Source: Verrucomicrobiota bacterium (GTDB taxonomy: Bacteria > Verrucomicrobiota > Verrucomicrobiia > Limisphaerales > SXQI01). From it: 64,000 bases of DNA. The notes beneath the pieces were generated by a model. That model was given only the letters and a program-made list of their open reading frames with translations. It searched no databases and was not told the origin of the DNA. The translations under genes were made by a program, and so were the position numbers. Location of the stretch: contig JANRLX010000093.1 in the NCBI GenBank assembly GCA_033762115.1, forward strand, positions 48,737 through 112,736, read 5' to 3'. Below are positions 28,057 through 37,489 of the stretch, in pieces (the stretch's first letter is position 1; every line of letters starts with the position of its first letter).

Positions 28057-28887
28057 ATGAGCAATATTGCAGCAACCGTGACGGACATCCTTATCAAGTA
28101 CGGGTTTCAGATACTTGGCGCCATCATTGTGATGCTGGTGGGATATTTTCTTTCAACAAAACTGGGAGCCCTTTCCTTGTCATGGCTTCAGAAAAAGGAA
28201 ATGGAACCACCTGTGCGAATGCTGATCGTTCGCGTGGTCCGGTTACTGGTTCTGTTGCTGACGATCGTCATCGCCCTTGATACAGTGGGAGTTCCTGTCG
28301 GCCCATTGATCGCAGGCATTGGCGTGGCGGGTGTCGGTGTCGGTTTTGCTTTGCAAGGGGTTCTTTCGAATTTTTTCGCTGGATTATTCATTATTTTCAC
28401 AAAGCCTTTTCGCGTGGGGGAGTTCATTGATTTGCTGGGTGAGATGGGGCAGGTCAGTGCCATCGACCTGTTTTCAACAAAGCTTGCCCAGGCGGATAAA
28501 TCAGTGGTCGTCATTCCCAATCGTAAGATCATCGGTGAAATCCTCCATAATTACGGCATGACCCGGCAGGTCGCGATCGAACTGGGCGTGGCATATAACA
28601 CCGATATCAATCATGCAATCGAAGTGATCACCAGCACAGTGAAAGCAAATGCGAAAGTGTTGAAGGAGCATGATCCGGCAGTTTTCATCAGCACCCTTGC
28701 AGATTCATCCATGGTAATTTCCGTGCGGGCGTGGTGCGCGCTGTCCAATTTTCCCGCGACGCGTGCTGAATTGATGCGCGAAATTGTCACAGCCTTGAAA
28801 CAGCACAATATTCAAATTCCATTCCCGCAAAGGGAGATCAGGATTTTGAACGCCCCTGAAGCTCCCGGACTTTCCCGGGTGGCTTAA
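28057..28887 (+). CDS. Small-conductance mechanosensitive channel (MscS family)
   Basis: 276 aa with three N-terminal TM helices. The pore-helix region is 'GIGVAGVGVGFALQGVLSNFFAGLFIIFTKPFRVGEFI', followed by a beta-domain. Confidence 0.85.
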   Translation: MSNIAATVTDILIKYGFQILGAIIVMLVGYFLSTKLGALSLSWLQKKEMEPPVRMLIVRVVRLLVLLLTIVIALDTVGVPVGPLIAGIGVAGVGVGFALQGVLSNFFAGLFIIFTKPFRVGEFIDLLGEMGQVSAIDLFSTKLAQADKSVVVIPNRKIIGEILHNYGMTRQVAIELGVAYNTDINHAIEVITSTVKANAKVLKEHDPAVFISTLADSSMVISVRAWCALSNFPATRAELMREIVTALKQHNIQIPFPQREIRILNAPEAPGLSRVA

Positions 28888-28894
28888 CTGCCGG

Positions 28895-30124
28895 ATGAGG
28901 ACCCTGCATGGCTACTTGTTGCGGCAGGTCCTCCTGGCATTGCTGATGACCGTGGCGGTGTTCACGGTTCTGTTGCTGCTTGGGAGTGTCCTCAAGGAAA
29001 TTCTCGCCCTCGTTGTCACAGGCCAGGTCAGTTTTATAGTCGTCGTCAAGGCCATTGGGCTGCTCATTCCTTATGTCATGACATTCGTCCTGCCATTTGG
29101 GATGTTGACCGCCTCCCTTCTCGTTTTCGGCAGGTTTAGTGCAGACAACGAACTCACGGCGGTTCGGGCGAGCGGTGTGAGTCTCATCTCATTAGTCACT
29201 CCAGTACTGCTTCTCGGCCTTGCTCTTTGCGCGTTGACCGCCTTGATCAATCTCAAGGTCGCGCCGGCATTTCGAACTGCCTACAAAAACCTTGTGTTCA
29301 ATGCCGGCATGCTGAACCCCACCAGCCTGATCACCGAAGAGCGATTCATCGATGAAATTCCGGGGTTCGTCCTGTATCTCCGTAAACGAAACGGTGATAT
29401 CATTGAGGATGTCCGAATGTACTTGTTGCAGGAAGGCACCATTTCGCAACGGATCAGTGCTGAATCTGGCCGCATCCTTTGGGATGAAACCAATAAAACG
29501 ATTGCGTTCGAGTTGAACGAAACGATCGTTGAAGCCTTGCGTGCGAGGGAGGAATATATAACAAATGAAATCTCTCTCCCCAGCACGGAAGTCATCACTA
29601 ATTTGATTCAGGCAACGGATGGCACCAATTTCATTTCGCTCACGACAAACAGCGTGGAATATGTGGTCACAACCAACCATGTGATGGAATGGCATAATCT
29701 TTCCTCCGGCGCCATGGTGACGGACCCTGTTGATCTAAAGCCGCTGCTGGGCTCCACTCGCCGCGCCAAATTAACGGAAATGACTCACTCACAATTAAAA
29801 GAGGAAATCGCACGTCGCCTTGCCCAGGGAATCAATGCCACGCCTGCGGAAGTGGCTTATCACAGGCAAATTGCTTTTTCCTTTGCCAGTTTTGCATTCA
29901 CCCTGGTGGGGATTCCCCTCGCCATCCGTGCGCATCGGCGTGAGACGAGTATTGGCGTGGCCATTTCCCTGCTTTTAGTTCTGCTTTACTACGGTTTTTT
30001 TATTCTCGCGGAGGGACTTCAAACCCGCCCCAGCTTCTTTCCTCAATACCTTCTCTGGGTTCCCAACTTTCTCTTTCAGGCTGTGGGTTCCATCCTTCTG
30101 TTCCGCGCCAACCGAGCCGGATAA
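28895..30124 (+). CDS. LPS export ABC permease, LptF/LptG (YjgP/YjgQ) family
   Basis: 409 aa. The N-terminus 'LHGYLLRQVLLALLMTVAVFTVLLLL' is typical of the family. Topology is three TM helices, a large periplasmic insert, then three TM helices. Confidence 0.8.
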   Translation: MRTLHGYLLRQVLLALLMTVAVFTVLLLLGSVLKEILALVVTGQVSFIVVVKAIGLLIPYVMTFVLPFGMLTASLLVFGRFSADNELTAVRASGVSLISLVTPVLLLGLALCALTALINLKVAPAFRTAYKNLVFNAGMLNPTSLITEERFIDEIPGFVLYLRKRNGDIIEDVRMYLLQEGTISQRISAESGRILWDETNKTIAFELNETIVEALRAREEYITNEISLPSTEVITNLIQATDGTNFISLTTNSVEYVVTTNHVMEWHNLSSGAMVTDPVDLKPLLGSTRRAKLTEMTHSQLKEEIARRLAQGINATPAEVAYHRQIAFSFASFAFTLVGIPLAIRAHRRETSIGVAISLLLVLLYYGFFILAEGLQTRPSFFPQYLLWVPNFLFQAVGSILLFRANRAG

Positions 30125-30335
30125 ACCAGTTTAAACAGGCATTTTTATTGCTGAATGGGGAGTGTTGAATCCTGCACTCTCCAATTTGAACGGAAATCCG
30201 TTTCGATTTTCAAGGGGAATGGGTGTTAAGTCCCGTTCCTGGGCAGCCTGCACCATTTTAGGAAACATTCATTTTGCCGATAAACCCTCTGTGCAAGGTC
30301 AGGCGACTTTGTGTGTGGATTCGATCAGACGGTGT

Positions 30336-31556
30336 ATGGAGAACAACCCTGCAGTACAAAAGAAGCGGATTTTGTTCGTTGATGATGATGAACAAAGCAC
30401 AGCCGCCTTGCAGAATCGTCTCTGGCACATGCGGCATGAATGGGAGATGGAATTCCTCCACAGTGGGCAGGCGGCGCTTTCCCGATTGGAAGAGGGACAT
30501 GTTGATGTGATCGTCTCCGATCTTTCCATGCCTCGGATGAACGGGGCGCAGCTTCTGGAAAGAGTGATGCAACGCTATCCCGATACCGCCCGCGTCATGC
30601 TGACGACTCCTGGTGAGGAGCATTTGCTTTTTAATTCAGTCCAGACAGCCCATTGGTTTCTGCACAAGCCGTGTGAAACCGACCTGCTCGTCAAAACAAT
30701 TCGTCGGGTTTGCCTGCTGCGCTCTCCGGAGCTTCCGTATGAAATTGCCGAATTGATCTGCACGCTTGAACGATTGCCAAGCCTGCCGCGAATGTATTCA
30801 GAATTGATGGATATATTCAATAAACCGAATTTTGACCTGAGTGAGGTTTCAGATGTGATCTCGCGTGATCCTTCAATGACTGCCCAGATTCTGAAGCTGG
30901 CAAACTCAGCCTATTTCGGATTACGTGGAAAAATTTCCAACGTCCAGGATGCCCTGAGCTTTATTGGCTTTGATACCATTCGATACCTGGTGCTTTCAGT
31001 TGGGGTCTTTTCTCAATTTGATGAAAAGCGATTCGACTCGCGCTTCCTGGAATCTGTTTGGGCCCACAGCCTCACGACAGCCGCTGCAGCCAAGAGCATC
31101 GCTGAACATGAAGGTTTCAATCATGGATTCTCGAATGATTGTTTTGTTGCAGGCCTGCTGCATGACCTTGGAAAAATCATCCTTGCTGATAATCGGTCCG
31201 AATCTTATCGCACAGTCCTGGCCACGGCCCAAAGCGAAAGGATTCCCACATGGAAAGCCGAGCACGCGTTTTACAAGGCGCATCATGGGGAAATAGCGGG
31301 GTATCTCTTACAGCTATGGGAATTGCCGCAGCAGATATGCAGCGCAATCATCAACCACCACTCGCCTGACAAATTTTCCGGCCCGGAACCTTCAATTACC
31401 ACGATCCTGCACGTTGCGGATGCTCTGGCTCACAAGATCAAACGAAACCATAATCAGGATTCCATTGTTGAGATGGACGCTGCTTTTCTGAGTGCCGTCG
31501 GTCTGGAGGAAAATGTGGCAGCGTGGCATACGATTCTCGGCGTCAAACCGGGTTGA
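30336..31556 (+). CDS. Response regulator receiver domain fused to an HDOD domain
   Basis: Receiver: 'ILFVDDD', phospho-acceptor context 'VIVSDLSMP', 'MLTT', 'LHKP'. HDOD: 'LPSLPRMYSELM', 'DPSMTAQILKLANSAYFG', 'GLLHDLGK'. The start is set at MENNPAVQKKRILFVDDD; the ORF is open from 30162. Confidence 0.8.
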   Translation: MENNPAVQKKRILFVDDDEQSTAALQNRLWHMRHEWEMEFLHSGQAALSRLEEGHVDVIVSDLSMPRMNGAQLLERVMQRYPDTARVMLTTPGEEHLLFNSVQTAHWFLHKPCETDLLVKTIRRVCLLRSPELPYEIAELICTLERLPSLPRMYSELMDIFNKPNFDLSEVSDVISRDPSMTAQILKLANSAYFGLRGKISNVQDALSFIGFDTIRYLVLSVGVFSQFDEKRFDSRFLESVWAHSLTTAAAAKSIAEHEGFNHGFSNDCFVAGLLHDLGKIILADNRSESYRTVLATAQSERIPTWKAEHAFYKAHHGEIAGYLLQLWELPQQICSAIINHHSPDKFSGPEPSITTILHVADALAHKIKRNHNQDSIVEMDAAFLSAVGLEENVAAWHTILGVKPG

Positions 31557-31558
31557 CC

Positions 31559-32518
31559 TCAAGGTTCAAGAACGATTTTTCCGAAAGCTCCCGGTTCCAT
31601 CACGGCCAGATGAGCTTTGCCAGCTTCTTTAAGGGAAAAAACTTTTCCGATCACCGGCTTGATAATCCCCGTATGAATCGCTCCTTCAATTGCGGCATGA
31701 ATCGAGCGATGCTCCATCACGTTAAGGTTCCAAAGTGACATCGCCCTAATGTCCGCATCGCGCGTCATCAAGTCTCTGGGATTGATCTCAACGCTGCCCC
31801 GGCTTCCTACCACCACCACTCTTCCCTGCGCCGCGAGCAACGGCAAATCCTTGCCCAGGTTCACATTTGCCAGCATCTCAATAATCAGGTTCACTCCAAT
31901 TCCCGTGGTCAACGATTTTACTTCCTCCAGATAACCCGGCGCACGATGATCCAGGACGTGATGCGCTCCATGCTGTGAGACGAGTTCCCGGCCTTGAGCG
32001 GTCCCTCCGGTCGCAATGACCCGCAGGCCTGCTGACCTGGCAAATTGCACTGTGGCAAGGCCCACCCCACCTGTTGCTCCATGGATCAGCACGGTCTCGC
32101 CGCTTCGGGCATTTCCTCGATGAAACAAAGCGCGGTAGGCTGTTGCGTAGGGCACATTCACAGCGGCAGCTTGCTGAAAACCAAAAGATTCATGGAGAAG
32201 GTGCGCGTTTCGTGCCGATACCACTGCAAATTCCGCGTAAGTTCCCGTGCGGCTTCCGCTGGTGTAAACCGCCATTCCTTCAGTGAGCTGTGTGACACCA
32301 GCGCCCACCTTCCGAATCACGCCTCCGGCATCGGTGCCGGGTGTAAATGGTGGTTTGATGGATGGATTCATCCCCGCGCGAAAATAAGTTTCCACGGGAT
32401 TGACTCCAATGGCTTTAACTTCGATCAGGACTTCTCCCGGTCCAGCCACAGGTTCAGGCATGTCCACATACTTTAAAACTTCCGGCCCGCCGAACTGATC
32501 AACAACAATACCCTTCAT
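31559..32518 (-). CDS. qor: NADPH:quinone oxidoreductase / zeta-crystallin-type medium-chain dehydrogenase
   Basis: 319 aa, MDR family without the structural-zinc motif. 'VKAIGVNPVETY' and the Rossmann motif 'IHGATGGVG' are present. Confidence 0.8.
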   Translation of the reverse strand: MKGIVVDQFGGPEVLKYVDMPEPVAGPGEVLIEVKAIGVNPVETYFRAGMNPSIKPPFTPGTDAGGVIRKVGAGVTQLTEGMAVYTSGSRTGTYAEFAVVSARNAHLLHESFGFQQAAAVNVPYATAYRALFHRGNARSGETVLIHGATGGVGLATVQFARSAGLRVIATGGTAQGRELVSQHGAHHVLDHRAPGYLEEVKSLTTGIGVNLIIEMLANVNLGKDLPLLAAQGRVVVVGSRGSVEINPRDLMTRDADIRAMSLWNLNVMEHRSIHAAIEGAIHTGIIKPVIGKVFSLKEAGKAHLAVMEPGAFGKIVLEP

Positions 32519-32524
32519 GTCATT

Positions 32525-33406
32525 TTAGCGTGCCCGCTTTCCTGCATCATACCCTCGGACAAACCCCACACATTGCGCCACATCAGGCACTGAATGTTCC
32601 AGATTGTACTCGTACTCAATTGCAATGTGCCCTTTAAAATTCTGGCGTTTGAGTTCTTCCAGAATGCCGGGAATATCCGAAGTGCCTGTCCCATACGGCG
32701 CGTCATGCCCACCGGGGCCAAACTCGTGAAGATCCTTCAAATGAGAGCTCAGTACGCGTCCTTCGAGTATCTTCAACGCATCCACAGGTTTGATCCCGGA
32801 ACGCGCAAAATGACCGGTGTCCGCGCAGGCTCCGAGGCGGCGGTCCCGGTCCTTCACCAGGGACAAAATATATTCCGGGTCCCAATACCTGTAACCCGGA
32901 TCATTGGGACGCCTGGGATGATTGTGAATGCTCATGGTCAGGTCGAACTCCTTGCAAAGTTTTTCGATGAGGTCGAGCGCCTCGGGCTTTGCTTCAGAGG
33001 TCACACCGCGCATCCCCAGTTTTTTGGCGAAGGTAAACACCGCCCGGCACTCCGCCTCGTCGTTGGGTAATCCAACCACACCGTAATTCACTGCGATCAG
33101 GTCATGCTTGCGGAGTTTCATGCGAAGCTTTTCCACCACTTCTTCCCCGGAGGAGTGATGCACCTTCAGGTTTGGTTCCTCGCGGCTAAGTATTTGGCCT
33201 GGGTAAAATTCAATCACGCGTGCCCCCGCCGCGGCTGTCTTCTCAATTGCTTCAAAGGCGCTGAAACGATGAAAGGTATAAGCCTGACAGCCCAGGGCGA
33301 ATCCCGCGATTTTATGGCTGTCGGGGATTTCAACCTCCGCATGCAGTTGAGTGGAGATCAATAAACTGAAGAGCGCGGCTATAGCTCGGATTTTAAGGTG
33401 AATCAT
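32525..33406 (-). CDS. Secreted sugar-phosphate isomerase/epimerase (xylose-isomerase-like TIM barrel)
   Basis: The start is set at ATG 33406 (MIHLKIRAIAALFSLLISTQLHA signal peptide); the ORF-track start at 33433 is a TTG. The AP-endonuclease-2/xylose-isomerase-like barrel pattern is present (IEFYPGQ..., SIHNHP..., DTGHF..., HLKD...). Confidence 0.7.
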   Translation of the reverse strand: MIHLKIRAIAALFSLLISTQLHAEVEIPDSHKIAGFALGCQAYTFHRFSAFEAIEKTAAAGARVIEFYPGQILSREEPNLKVHHSSGEEVVEKLRMKLRKHDLIAVNYGVVGLPNDEAECRAVFTFAKKLGMRGVTSEAKPEALDLIEKLCKEFDLTMSIHNHPRRPNDPGYRYWDPEYILSLVKDRDRRLGACADTGHFARSGIKPVDALKILEGRVLSSHLKDLHEFGPGGHDAPYGTGTSDIPGILEELKRQNFKGHIAIEYEYNLEHSVPDVAQCVGFVRGYDAGKRAR

Positions 33407-33553
33407 AACTTTTCCCTGATTACCTTCAGGCAAATCGATTCAAACCATGTTGTCAATGAAAACGGCAACAACTGGACGAAAATGCTGTTACTCGCACTGT
33501 TCATTAAAAATTCGCGTGCCTCCCGCATGAGGCCCTGTATTCTGGTGTTTCTC

Positions 33554-35017
33554 ATGAGATATCAGAAAAACAGGAAACTGTTTTCAGCGCTATTTCTGTG
33601 GTTCAGCTTTCTTGGATTATCCGCTGAGGAATACCAGTTCACACGCCTGCCGAACATCGTTCATATAGTTGCTGATGATATCGGTTACGATGATCTTTCC
33701 TGTTACGATTCCAAAGATATCAAGACACCAAATCTGGATCGTGTTGCCAGAGAAGGGATGCGGTTCACCTCTTTTTATGCTCCAAGTCCTGTGGGCACCG
33801 CTTCACGAGCGGCCATGCTGACCGGTTTTTACCCACAGAGAATAGGCTTGTCCCAGACACTTTACCCCTATTCCAAAACCGGACTTCATTCCAATGAAGT
33901 CACCATCGCTGAATTGCTTAAATCGCGTGGGTACATCACTGCCTGCATCGGCAAATGGCACCTTGGGCATCACCCGGAATTTCTTCCGACTCAACATGGC
34001 TTTGATTACTTTTATGGCATTCCCTATTCCAAAGACCATGGCCCCGAGCGCCTCGGCTGGGAAAAACTGGCGGGAACGGTTGGATACCGCAATCCCCCCG
34101 TGCCATTGATGCGTGGTACCAACATCGTGGAAAGTCCAGCCATGCTCGCAGCCCTGCCGGAGCGTTTTGCGGAGGAAGCCACCAAATTCATGCTGGAGAA
34201 TTTGAACAAGCCGTTTTACCTCCACCTGGCACCTGTGGAGACACACATCCCATGGCTGACCACTCCTGCGTTTCATTACAAATCTGCTGCCGGTGTTTTT
34301 GGCGATGCTGTCGAATGCGTTGATTGGATGCTCGATGAAATTATGACTGTCCTTGATGAAATGGGCCTCTCGGAAAATACATTGCTCGTCTTTTCCTCGG
34401 ACAACGGCCCGCTCGTCCATCGTAATCCGGAATTGGAAAGCATCTACGGTCACGCAGGCCATGTGCGGCAGGATCGGGTCCATCTATTGCGCGAAGGCAA
34501 GCACCAAGGCTTTTATGAAGGTGGAGTTCGTGTACCCCTGTTGATGCGGTGGCTTGGCAAAATTCCTCCCCAATCAATTTGCAACGAAATTGTCGCGGGG
34601 TTCGATCTGTTCACTACTTTCGCCACAATGGCAGGCATTAAGCCCTCTGCTGAAATTCGGACGGATGGCAAAAATATCCTTCCATTGATGTTTGCCAGGC
34701 CAGGAGCACGTTCTCCGCATGAAGCATTTTTTTATTATCAGGAAGATGCTTTGAATGCGGTTCGTTCCGGGCCCTGGAAACTCATTTTCGGGGAGCTTGA
34801 TAACAAGGGGAAAATGATGCACAGCTCCCGCGATAAGTTGTTTCTCTATAATTTGGAAACGGACCTCTCGGAAAGAAATAATCTTGCAGATCAAAATCCA
34901 GAGATTGTGCTTCGTTTGCAAAAAATGGCCGATCAAATGCGAGAAGATCTCGGTGATACCCGCCGCGGTATGCCGGGAAAAAACCGACGGAAAGCAGGCA
35001 CCATCCTGAGTCCATAA
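33554..35017 (+). CDS. Arylsulfatase-A-family protein lacking the Cys/Ser formylglycine nucleophile (probable pseudo-sulfatase)
   Basis: Signal peptide MRYQKNRKLFSALFLWFSFLGLSA. Sulfatase fold motifs present: 'NIVHIVADDIGYDDL', 'TPNLDRVAREGMRF', 'GKWHLG', 'FSSDNGP'. The signature (C/S)xPxRxxxLTG reads 'G-T-A-S-R-AAM-LTG' at 33794-33808. Confidence 0.85.
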   Translation: MRYQKNRKLFSALFLWFSFLGLSAEEYQFTRLPNIVHIVADDIGYDDLSCYDSKDIKTPNLDRVAREGMRFTSFYAPSPVGTASRAAMLTGFYPQRIGLSQTLYPYSKTGLHSNEVTIAELLKSRGYITACIGKWHLGHHPEFLPTQHGFDYFYGIPYSKDHGPERLGWEKLAGTVGYRNPPVPLMRGTNIVESPAMLAALPERFAEEATKFMLENLNKPFYLHLAPVETHIPWLTTPAFHYKSAAGVFGDAVECVDWMLDEIMTVLDEMGLSENTLLVFSSDNGPLVHRNPELESIYGHAGHVRQDRVHLLREGKHQGFYEGGVRVPLLMRWLGKIPPQSICNEIVAGFDLFTTFATMAGIKPSAEIRTDGKNILPLMFARPGARSPHEAFFYYQEDALNAVRSGPWKLIFGELDNKGKMMHSSRDKLFLYNLETDLSERNNLADQNPEIVLRLQKMADQMREDLGDTRRGMPGKNRRKAGTILSP

Positions 35018-35204
35018 ACTCTGAAAGTTATTCCTTTCGGACGAATAAAACGTCGCATCCGACTAAATGGATGTATTCCGGGCAAATTTTCGTCACTTCT
35101 CTGTAAAGTGCCTGTGACCCGGAATTCACAGCAAATAACTGGAATTTGGCCCTGATACTGCAACAGTAGAGGCGCGTGTTCTATATGATCGATAAACACC
35201 TCTT

Positions 35205-35981
35205 ATGAACGCTCAGGCTGATTCCACTTCCATCGGAACGCGTGTTCTTTCCAGAACATCTTCCGCCCAGCTGTATGAATTGCGCCTCGCCACCACGGCC
35301 GAGGAAATTCGTGCTGCCCAAACACTTCGCTTCCTTGTTTTCAATCTTGAATTGAATGAAGGGCTGGAACAATCGTTCGCAACCTGTCTGGATGCGGACC
35401 CATTCGATGAAATTTGCGACCACCTCATCGTGGTGGAAAAAGGGACCCGCGAAATCGTCGGCACCTATCGACTTCAAACGGGTAACGCAGCTGTTCGCAA
35501 CAAAGGGTTTTACAGCGCCAGCGAGTTTGACCTCACACCGTTTAATCCGATTGTTTCTGAAATCGTCGAATTAGGGCGTGCTTGTGTGCATCGCCAGCAT
35601 CGGAACCTCCAGGTTCTCAGCCTGCTCTGGGGTGGCATTGCCGCTTACTGCCGTGAGCGCAATTGTCGTTACCTTATTGGTTGCAGTTCGATTCCCAGCA
35701 CCGATCCCACCATCGGTGCGCGAGTTTACAGCGATCTTTGCCGGAAGCATCTGGTTGACGGTGCGTTTCAAACCACTCCCCTGCCGCATCTGGCCTGCCC
35801 GCTGGATCAGCTTTCCGCAGCTCCATTCAAGCTGCCAAAGCTTCTCGGAGCTTACCTCTCTCTTGGCGCAAAAATTTGCGGCGCACCCGCGCTGGACCAG
35901 GAATTCAAGACTATTGATTTCCTGACTTTGCTCGATTTGAACCTGCTCTCTCCACGGATGCTGGAACGGTTCTCGATGTAA
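35205..35981 (+). CDS. olsB: GNAT-fold N-acyltransferase of the OlsB/GlsB (lyso-aminolipid synthase, 'hemolysin-like') family
   Basis: 258 aa with 'YELRLATTAEEIRAAQTLRFLVFNLEL', 'DEICDHLIV', 'IVGTYRL' and 'ELGRACVHRQHR'. It is followed after 1 nt by a PlsC-type acyltransferase, the classic olsBA arrangement. Confidence 0.75.
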   Translation: MNAQADSTSIGTRVLSRTSSAQLYELRLATTAEEIRAAQTLRFLVFNLELNEGLEQSFATCLDADPFDEICDHLIVVEKGTREIVGTYRLQTGNAAVRNKGFYSASEFDLTPFNPIVSEIVELGRACVHRQHRNLQVLSLLWGGIAAYCRERNCRYLIGCSSIPSTDPTIGARVYSDLCRKHLVDGAFQTTPLPHLACPLDQLSAAPFKLPKLLGAYLSLGAKICGAPALDQEFKTIDFLTLLDLNLLSPRMLERFSM

Positions 35982-35982
35982 T

Positions 35983-36813
35983 ATGAGTTTTCTTCTTGCA
36001 GCACGAAAGCTGACCCGGTTTGCGGGAATCTGCAGGGCCGCCACAAAAGAGGCGCGCCAGTTGGCGGACGCCTCATTGCTTGCCCGGGCTCAATGGAGCA
36101 ACCGCTGGGGTCTGGAGATCATGGATTGCCTTGATCTTTCGAGCCGGGTTTATGCAGAACCGCCGAAGCATGGGTTGCTCGTTTGTAATCATCTGAGCTA
36201 TCTGGATGTTCTTGTGCTGGCCGCGGCGCAGCCTCTCGTCTTTGTTTGCAAGGAAGAGGTGCGAAGCTGGCCGGTGATCGGGACCCTGACACGTGGCGGT
36301 GGCACCATCTATATCAATCGCCAACAGAAAAGTGATGTCTCCCGGGTCACTGAAGCTTTTAAAACCGTAATCGAGGCAGGTGTGGTTTGCTGTGTCTTTC
36401 CGGAAGGCACGAGTAGCGATGGAAGTTCAGTCCTTCCGTTTCGCTCCTCCCTGTTCCAATCCGCCGTTGAGCATGACTGGCCAGTGACTCCAGCCTGGCT
36501 GGGATACAAAATGCCTGAAGGATCTGTTGAACAGGACGTTTGCTACTGGGGCGATATGACTTTTGGGCCTCACTTTTTGAAGCTTCTAAGCCGCTCCCGA
36601 ATTTCCGCCACTCTTGCTTATGGACAGCCGCTGCAAGGAATTGGCTGCCGAAAAAAGCTTTCCCTCCTTTCACGCAACCAGGTGATCGGGCTTAAAGATC
36701 AATATGCCGGAGCAGCAATTTCCACTGAAAATTCAATGTCAGAAACCCAATTGGAGTCGCTCTCCACATGGCCGCAGGGCGCCTTTTTATCTCAAATTGA
36801 TAAAACAGCCTGA
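35983..36813 (+). CDS. olsA: PlsC-family O-acyltransferase (OlsA/GlsA-like lyso-aminolipid acyltransferase)
   Basis: 276 aa with HX4D motif 'CNHLSYLD' and 'VFPEGTSSDG'. It lies immediately downstream of the olsB-like gene. Confidence 0.7.
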   Translation: MSFLLAARKLTRFAGICRAATKEARQLADASLLARAQWSNRWGLEIMDCLDLSSRVYAEPPKHGLLVCNHLSYLDVLVLAAAQPLVFVCKEEVRSWPVIGTLTRGGGTIYINRQQKSDVSRVTEAFKTVIEAGVVCCVFPEGTSSDGSSVLPFRSSLFQSAVEHDWPVTPAWLGYKMPEGSVEQDVCYWGDMTFGPHFLKLLSRSRISATLAYGQPLQGIGCRKKLSLLSRNQVIGLKDQYAGAAISTENSMSETQLESLSTWPQGAFLSQIDKTA

Positions 36814-36862
36814 TCATTGACACAGGGGATTATGCCGTGCTACCTTCCGGCGCGTTCGCTCT

Positions 36863-37489
36863 ATGAACTCGTTTCTTAACCAACAGGTTCTAGTGCTCAA
36901 TCGCTTATGGCAGGCGGTTAATGTCTGTTCTGCCCGGCGGGCTCTTACTCTTTTGTTTGAAGGCCATGCCCATGTTGTCATGGGTGCAAATGATGGCAGC
37001 TTTCAGACCTACAGCTTCTCCCAATGGAAAGACTTTTCGGAGGCGGAACCGCATCCTGAAAGTATCCATACCATTGCCTTTCGCATTCGCGTTCCACGAG
37101 TCATACTTCTCGCGTTATTTGACCGGATGCCCAAGAAGGAAGTCAAATTTACACGGCACAATATTTTCGAGCGGGACCAGAATACCTGCCAATATTGCGG
37201 GAAGGTGTTTGACCGAAAAGATTTGAATCTGGACCACGTCATCCCTCGTGACCGGGGTGGCCCAACGACCTGGGAGAACATCGTTTGCTCCTGCATCAAG
37301 TGTAACACCAGGAAGGCAAACCGCACTCCGCCTGAAGCTGGCTTGCATTTGATTCGAAAACCGAAACGTCCGAAGTGGAGGCCTTTCGTTCAGGTCAATC
37401 TGGGCCTGCATTACCACGATAGCTGGAAGCATTTTCTCGATCTGGCCTATTGGAATGTCGAGTTGGGTGAAGAACTCAACACGGTTTAA
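36863..37489 (+). CDS. HNH endonuclease family protein (stand-alone)
   Basis: 208 aa with 'CQYCG...LNLDHVIPRDRGGPTTWENIVCSCIKCNTRKANR', which gives the HNH core plus two CxxC zinc pairs. Confidence 0.85.
   Translation: MNSFLNQQVLVLNRLWQAVNVCSARRALTLLFEGHAHVVMGANDGSFQTYSFSQWKDFSEAEPHPESIHTIAFRIRVPRVILLALFDRMPKKEVKFTRHNIFERDQNTCQYCGKVFDRKDLNLDHVIPRDRGGPTTWENIVCSCIKCNTRKANRTPPEAGLHLIRKPKRPKWRPFVQVNLGLHYHDSWKHFLDLAYWNVELGEELNTV

Noticed and set aside
36863-37489. The HNH endonuclease as part of a restriction or defence system.
   Set aside because: It is a small stand-alone HNH protein with no adjacent methyltransferase, helicase, ATPase or other defence-type partner. The neighbours are lipid acyltransferases and a convergent metabolic-looking operon.
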